Assembly (NCBI GenBank): GCA_030390025.1
Contig: CM059432.1
Location: forward strand, 76,820,001 to 76,884,000
From: Squalus acanthias
Lineage: Eukaryota
DNA length: 64,000 nucleotides
Direction of reading: 5' to 3'
The translations under genes were made by a program, and so were the position numbers. Position 1 is the first letter of the stretch. Every line of letters begins with the position of its first letter. Positions 59,708 through 64,000 of the stretch are shown piece by piece. The notes beneath the pieces were generated by a model, which searched no databases, was not told where the DNA came from, and saw nothing but the letters and a program-made list of their open reading frames with translations.

Positions 59708-60408
59708 TGTACTGTGTAATGAAACAGAATTAATTAATGATCTCATAGTAAAGGATCCTCTAGAGAAGAGTGATCATAACATGATAGAATTCCACATTCA
59801 GTTTCAAGGTGAGAAACTTGGGTCTGAAACTAGAGTATTAAACTTAAATAAAGGCAATTACAAAGGTATGAGGAGAGAGTTGGCTAAAGTGGATTGGGAA
59901 AATAGATTAGAAGGTAAGACGATAGAAAAGCAGTGGCAGACATTTAAAGAGATATTTCATGACTCTCAACAAAGATATATTTCAGTGAGAAAGAAAGACT
60001 CGAAGAGAAGGATGAACCAACCATGGCTAACCAAGGAAGTTAAGGATGGTATCAAATTGAAAGAAAAGGCATACAATGTTGCAAAGATTAGTGGTAGGCC
60101 AGAAGATTGGGACATTTTAGAAACCAGCAAAGGATGACTAAAAAATTAATAATTTCTTCTCTCAGGGGGTCGTGAATCTTTGGAATTCTTTACCCCAGAG
60201 AGCTGTGGAAGCTGAGTCATTGAATATATTCAAGGCTGAGATAGACAGATTTTTGTGCAACAGGGGAGTCAAGGGTTATGGGGAGCAGGCGGGAAAATGG
60301 AGTTGAGGCCAAAATCAGATCAGCCATGATCTCATTAAATGGCGGAGCAGGCTCAAGGGGCCGAATGGCCTGCTCCTGCTCCTATTTCTTATGTTCTTAT
60401 GTTCTTAT
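59708..60408 (+). mobile_element. CR1 fragment with a large internal deletion (EN end and linker joined to the 3' tail at about 60150)
   Basis: SDHNMIEF...PWLTKEVK, then FFSQ.VVNLWNSLP and a (TTCTTATG)n tail. Confidence 0.88.
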
Positions 60409-60534
60409 ACCTATTTATGGATCTGGCCTGTCATTCAACCTTATTGATAGTCTGTGAGAATGCAATTTACCATTGCCAGACCCCAATACACTACTGGCTG
60501 CACCTCACATTGAGTGCCAGTGAACTCATTCATT

Positions 60535-61286
60535 GGCCCATATTTTCCGACCCCCACAGATGCGTACGAGGAGCGTACATGCCCATAGGGGCCACGCAAG
60601 TTCCGGGTTTAGGCATGCAAAGCGCATGCGCTGAAACCCGGAACATGCAATCTGTCAAGAATTCTCTTGACAGATCCAACGCTTGCCCAAGAAAAGTGCC
60701 TCTGCTGTTTGCTCAACCTCCGCCCGCAGAAAGACCAGCAAATTCTTATGGCTGGTAAAAGCAAGCATAAGGCCTGCTTTTACCAGCATTAGAGTTTAAA
60801 AAATAGAAAAATAAGATTTTATCACTCACTTATAAATTAAAAACCCTGTCCAATAAGGTAAGTTTATATTAAGCCCCGTTAAAACATATAAAAAAAATTC
60901 AAAAAATTAAATTTTTGTTTAACATATTTAATTAAATGCCATTTTAATTAATTTATATATGTAATGGTTTTTATTTATTTATTTCAGTGTGTTGGTGCAT
61001 TTTTGTAGTCATCCCCATTCATACTTTTGACAGTTCTGTGCGTAGAGAACTGTGAAAAATATGAAGGGGGATTCCCTTCTTCCATTGGTTGAGCTGGCCC
61101 ACGTGATCCCAGGGGCGCTTGCGAACCGCATGCGCCCCTGGGATATGTGGATCTCTGCACATTTCCAAGAGGAGAGGACCAGGATCAGAGGTCTTTGTAT
61201 CTCTGGGACCAACAGGTAGGTTCGTAGATTTTTTGCTGATTGGAGGCATCCGCCCGCAGGAAGCCTCCGATCGGAAATTCAGGGCC
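60535..61286 (+). mobile_element. Harbinger-type MITE, family 1
   Basis: TIR GGCCC...TTTCCGA. Colinear with 52539-53280. No clear TSD. Confidence 0.82.
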
Positions 61287-61520
61287 TGTGTGTATGTTCG
61301 ACTGCTTCCTAGTTGCCAATTTTTAATGTTATGGTTGGGAGCGAGAGAGACTGCTAACAAAATATGTTAACTTCCCAGTAGTTCCAATGGACCACCTGAG
61401 CATTTATGAAATGTAGCTTTGCAATGGACTGGAATGAAACTACACCCAGTGCAGAGCTCTCATTTCTTCAAGTTTCTGTGTATTCTGCAGTCAGATCAGG
61501 CTCTGACGCTCTAGCTTTTT

Positions 61521-62652
61521 TGAAGGGATAATTACTAGTTCTAGCCCCTTTAGGGCTACCCCGGATCAGGCGTATTTCTCAGACATTCACTTTCAACTAA
61601 AGTTTGAGGTAGCCGAATCCTAAAGATGCTTAATTGGGTCTAAAGGTCCGGTCTATCTCTCCCTAAAGGAAAGGAACAACCTGAAAATGTTACCGTCCTC
61701 CAGATAGCACTTTTAATAAGTTTAGCTAGACTGTAACATTCCGGATATTATGAGGGTCTGGAAAACTCCCCCAGAATTCTGAAACTCCTCACCAAAGAGT
61801 GTACAGAGATTGAGTTCGCGAGTTTTTGATGCAGAAGCCTTATGTGAGACTATTCTAAAAATATATAGATTTATTAAAGAACCGACATGCAGTTTACAGT
61901 TGGTGAGTCAATCGCAACATTAACAGTTCCAAAAAGAGAAAGCTTACAATCTTATTATCAGAGAACCTTACTTTCAAATCTTAACTTCGCTACAGTATTA
62001 CAGTTCTCAGTGTTCTACAGGATATCCACCAAAATCAAATACCTTTGATCCCCGAGGTACAAAGAGAGGTAGACTACAGAGCTGCCTCTGAAGCTGAGAA
62101 TCACTTTGCCCGATTAAAGCGAGTCTACTATCCCATTTGAGAGTTCAATATTTATAACCTTTTCCAGTGGTATTTCCTTTAAGGTTTTCTGCTGATGCAA
62201 GCTAATTATCTCTAGTAATTTTTCTGCTGACCTCTGCAATTCTTACTGCCAGCTCAGCCAGACTCATGTCTCATCTCGAGGTGTTCTAAGTTTACCATAT
62301 AAAAAACGGTGTGACAGCAGATGTTCCTTACTTGATGTCATCTTTATGAGGGCAGATGTTCCTTACTTTATGTGCTTCTTTAAGAAGTGCAAATTAAAAC
62401 ACCTTATCCAGGGTGAACCATTGTTTCGTTCCAAAAAGTTCAGCCTGTCGGAGCCCTTAACCTTCTGTTTCAATAGGGTTATTTATTCAGGGTCAACAAC
62501 TACCTTATCTCAATAGCCAGAATGCTTTCATAGCTATTTCATAGTTAAGTTTCGAAATTTCCAAACCCAGTTTGTCATGTTTTAATAAGGCCAGAATTCT
62601 TTCATGAGATAGTCTATTTTTCTGAATAGGTTATATGGCTTATTCCTTCAAA
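61521..62652 (-). mobile_element. Solo LTR, same family as 3160-5106
   Basis: Reverse-complement homology over its length. T-run flanks are compatible with a TTTT TSD inside the A-tail of the adjacent LINE. Confidence 0.85.
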
Positions 62653-64000
62653 TTTTTTTATTTGTTTATGGGATGTGGGCATCGCTGACAAGGCCAGCAT
62701 TTATTGCCCATCCCTAATTGCCCTTGAGAAGGTGATGGTGAGCCGCCTTCTTGAAACGCTGCAGTCCATGTGGTGAATGTACTCCCACAGTGCTGTTAGC
62801 TAGGGAGTTCCAGGATTTTGACCCAGTGACGATGAAGGATCGGCGATATACTTCTAAGTCAGGATGGTGTGTGACTTGGAGGGGAACTTGGAGGTGGTGG
62901 TGTTCCCATGCGCCTGCTGCCCTTGTCCTTCTAGGTGGAAGAGGTCGCGGGTTTGGGAGGTGCTGCCGAAGAAGCCTTGGCGAGTTACTGCAGTGCATCT
63001 TGTAGATGGTACACACTGCAGCCACGGTATGCCGGTGGTGGAGGGAGTGAATGTTTAAGGTGGTGGATGGGGTGCCAATCAAGCGGGCTGCTTTGTCCTG
63101 GATGGTGTCGAGCTTCTTGAGTGTTGTTGGAGCTGCACTCATCCAGGCAAGTGGAGAGTATTCTATCACATTCCTTACTTGTGCCTTGTAGATGGTGGAA
63201 AGGCTTTGGGGAATCAGGAGGTGAGACACTCACCGCAGAATACCTAGCCTCTGACCTGCTCTTGTTGCCACAGTATGTATGTGGCTGGTCCAGTTAACTT
63301 TCTTGTCAATGGTGACCCCCAGGATGTTGATGATCGGGGATTTGGCGATGATAATACCGTTGAATGTCAAGGGGAGGTGGTTAGACTCTCACTTGTTGGA
63401 GATAGTCATTGCCTGGCACTTCTGTGGCGCGAATGTTAGCTGCCACTTATCAGCCCAAGCCTGAACGTTGTCCAGGTCTTGTTGCATGCGGGCATGGACT
63501 GCTTCATTATCTGAGGAATTGTGAATGGCGCTGAACACTGTGCAATCATCAGCGAACATCACCATTTCTGACCTTATGTTGGAGCGAAGGTCATTAATGA
63601 AGCAGCTGAAGATGTTTGGGCCGAGGACACTGCCCTGAGGAACTCCTGTAGCGATGTCCTGGGGCTGTGATGATTGACCTTCAACCACCACAACCATCTT
63701 CCTTTGTGCTAGGTATGACTCAAGCAAGTGGAACGTTTTCCCCCCGATTCCCATTGACTTCAGTTTTACTAGGGCTCCTTGATGCCACACTTGGTCAAAT
63801 GCAGCCATGATCTTATTGAATGGCGGAGCAGGCTCAAGGGGCCATATGGCCTACACCTGCTCTTATTTCTTATGTTCTTATGTTGATGTCAAGGGCAGTC
63901 ACTCTCACTTCACCTCTGGAATTCAGCTCCTTTGTCCATGTTTGGACCAAGGCTGTAATGAGGTCGGGAGCCGAGTGGTCTTGGCGGAACCCAAACTGGG
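62653..64000 (-). mobile_element. Divergent CR1-group LINE, RT region running off the window
   Basis: AAFDQVWH, GVPQGSVLGP, MFADDC, YKAQVRNVIEYSPLAW, HHHLLKGN, A-tail. Confidence 0.9.
63803..63882 (+). mobile_element. About 80-bp CR1 3' tail inserted antisense into the LINE
   Basis: GCCATGATCTTATTGAATGGCGGAGCAGG...TTCTTATG interrupts the ALDIK|AAFD codons. Confidence 0.85.

Noticed and set aside
3160..62652. One giant element bounded by the two homologous LTRs
   Set aside because: They are inverted, diverged, and each has its own flanking duplication.
534..63464. The many short antisense and alternate-frame ORFs in the track
   Set aside because: They are shadows of CR1, Harbinger, MITE or proviral sequence with no independent coding evidence.

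Overview
Vertebrate genomic DNA, most likely a cartilaginous fish (inferred from the repeat content). It is almost entirely nested transposable elements, and I can support no host protein-coding exon. The main feature is a complete but mutated LTR provirus (26552-38090). It has a 4-bp TSD, a tRNA-Leu PBS, a coiled-coil gag with MHR and CCHC motifs, and pro-RT-tether-RNaseH-IN. Its env resembles a paramyxo/pneumovirus-type class I fusion protein, preceded by what looks like an Ig-like domain. This architecture suggests a lokiretrovirus-like element. A fragment of a second, divergent relative lies at about 39480-42525. Three Penelope-like insertions carrying minimal hammerhead ribozyme motifs interrupt the provirus. 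The window also holds five PIF/Harbinger elements (transposase plus an intron-containing Myb/SANT gene), about a dozen Harbinger-type MITEs, many CR1 LINEs, two related solo LTRs and a small hAT MITE. One CR1-in-CR1 insertion creates an open 521-aa ORF1::RT chimera. All coordinates, TSDs and alignments were read by eye. Family assignments come from motif recognition, not database searches.
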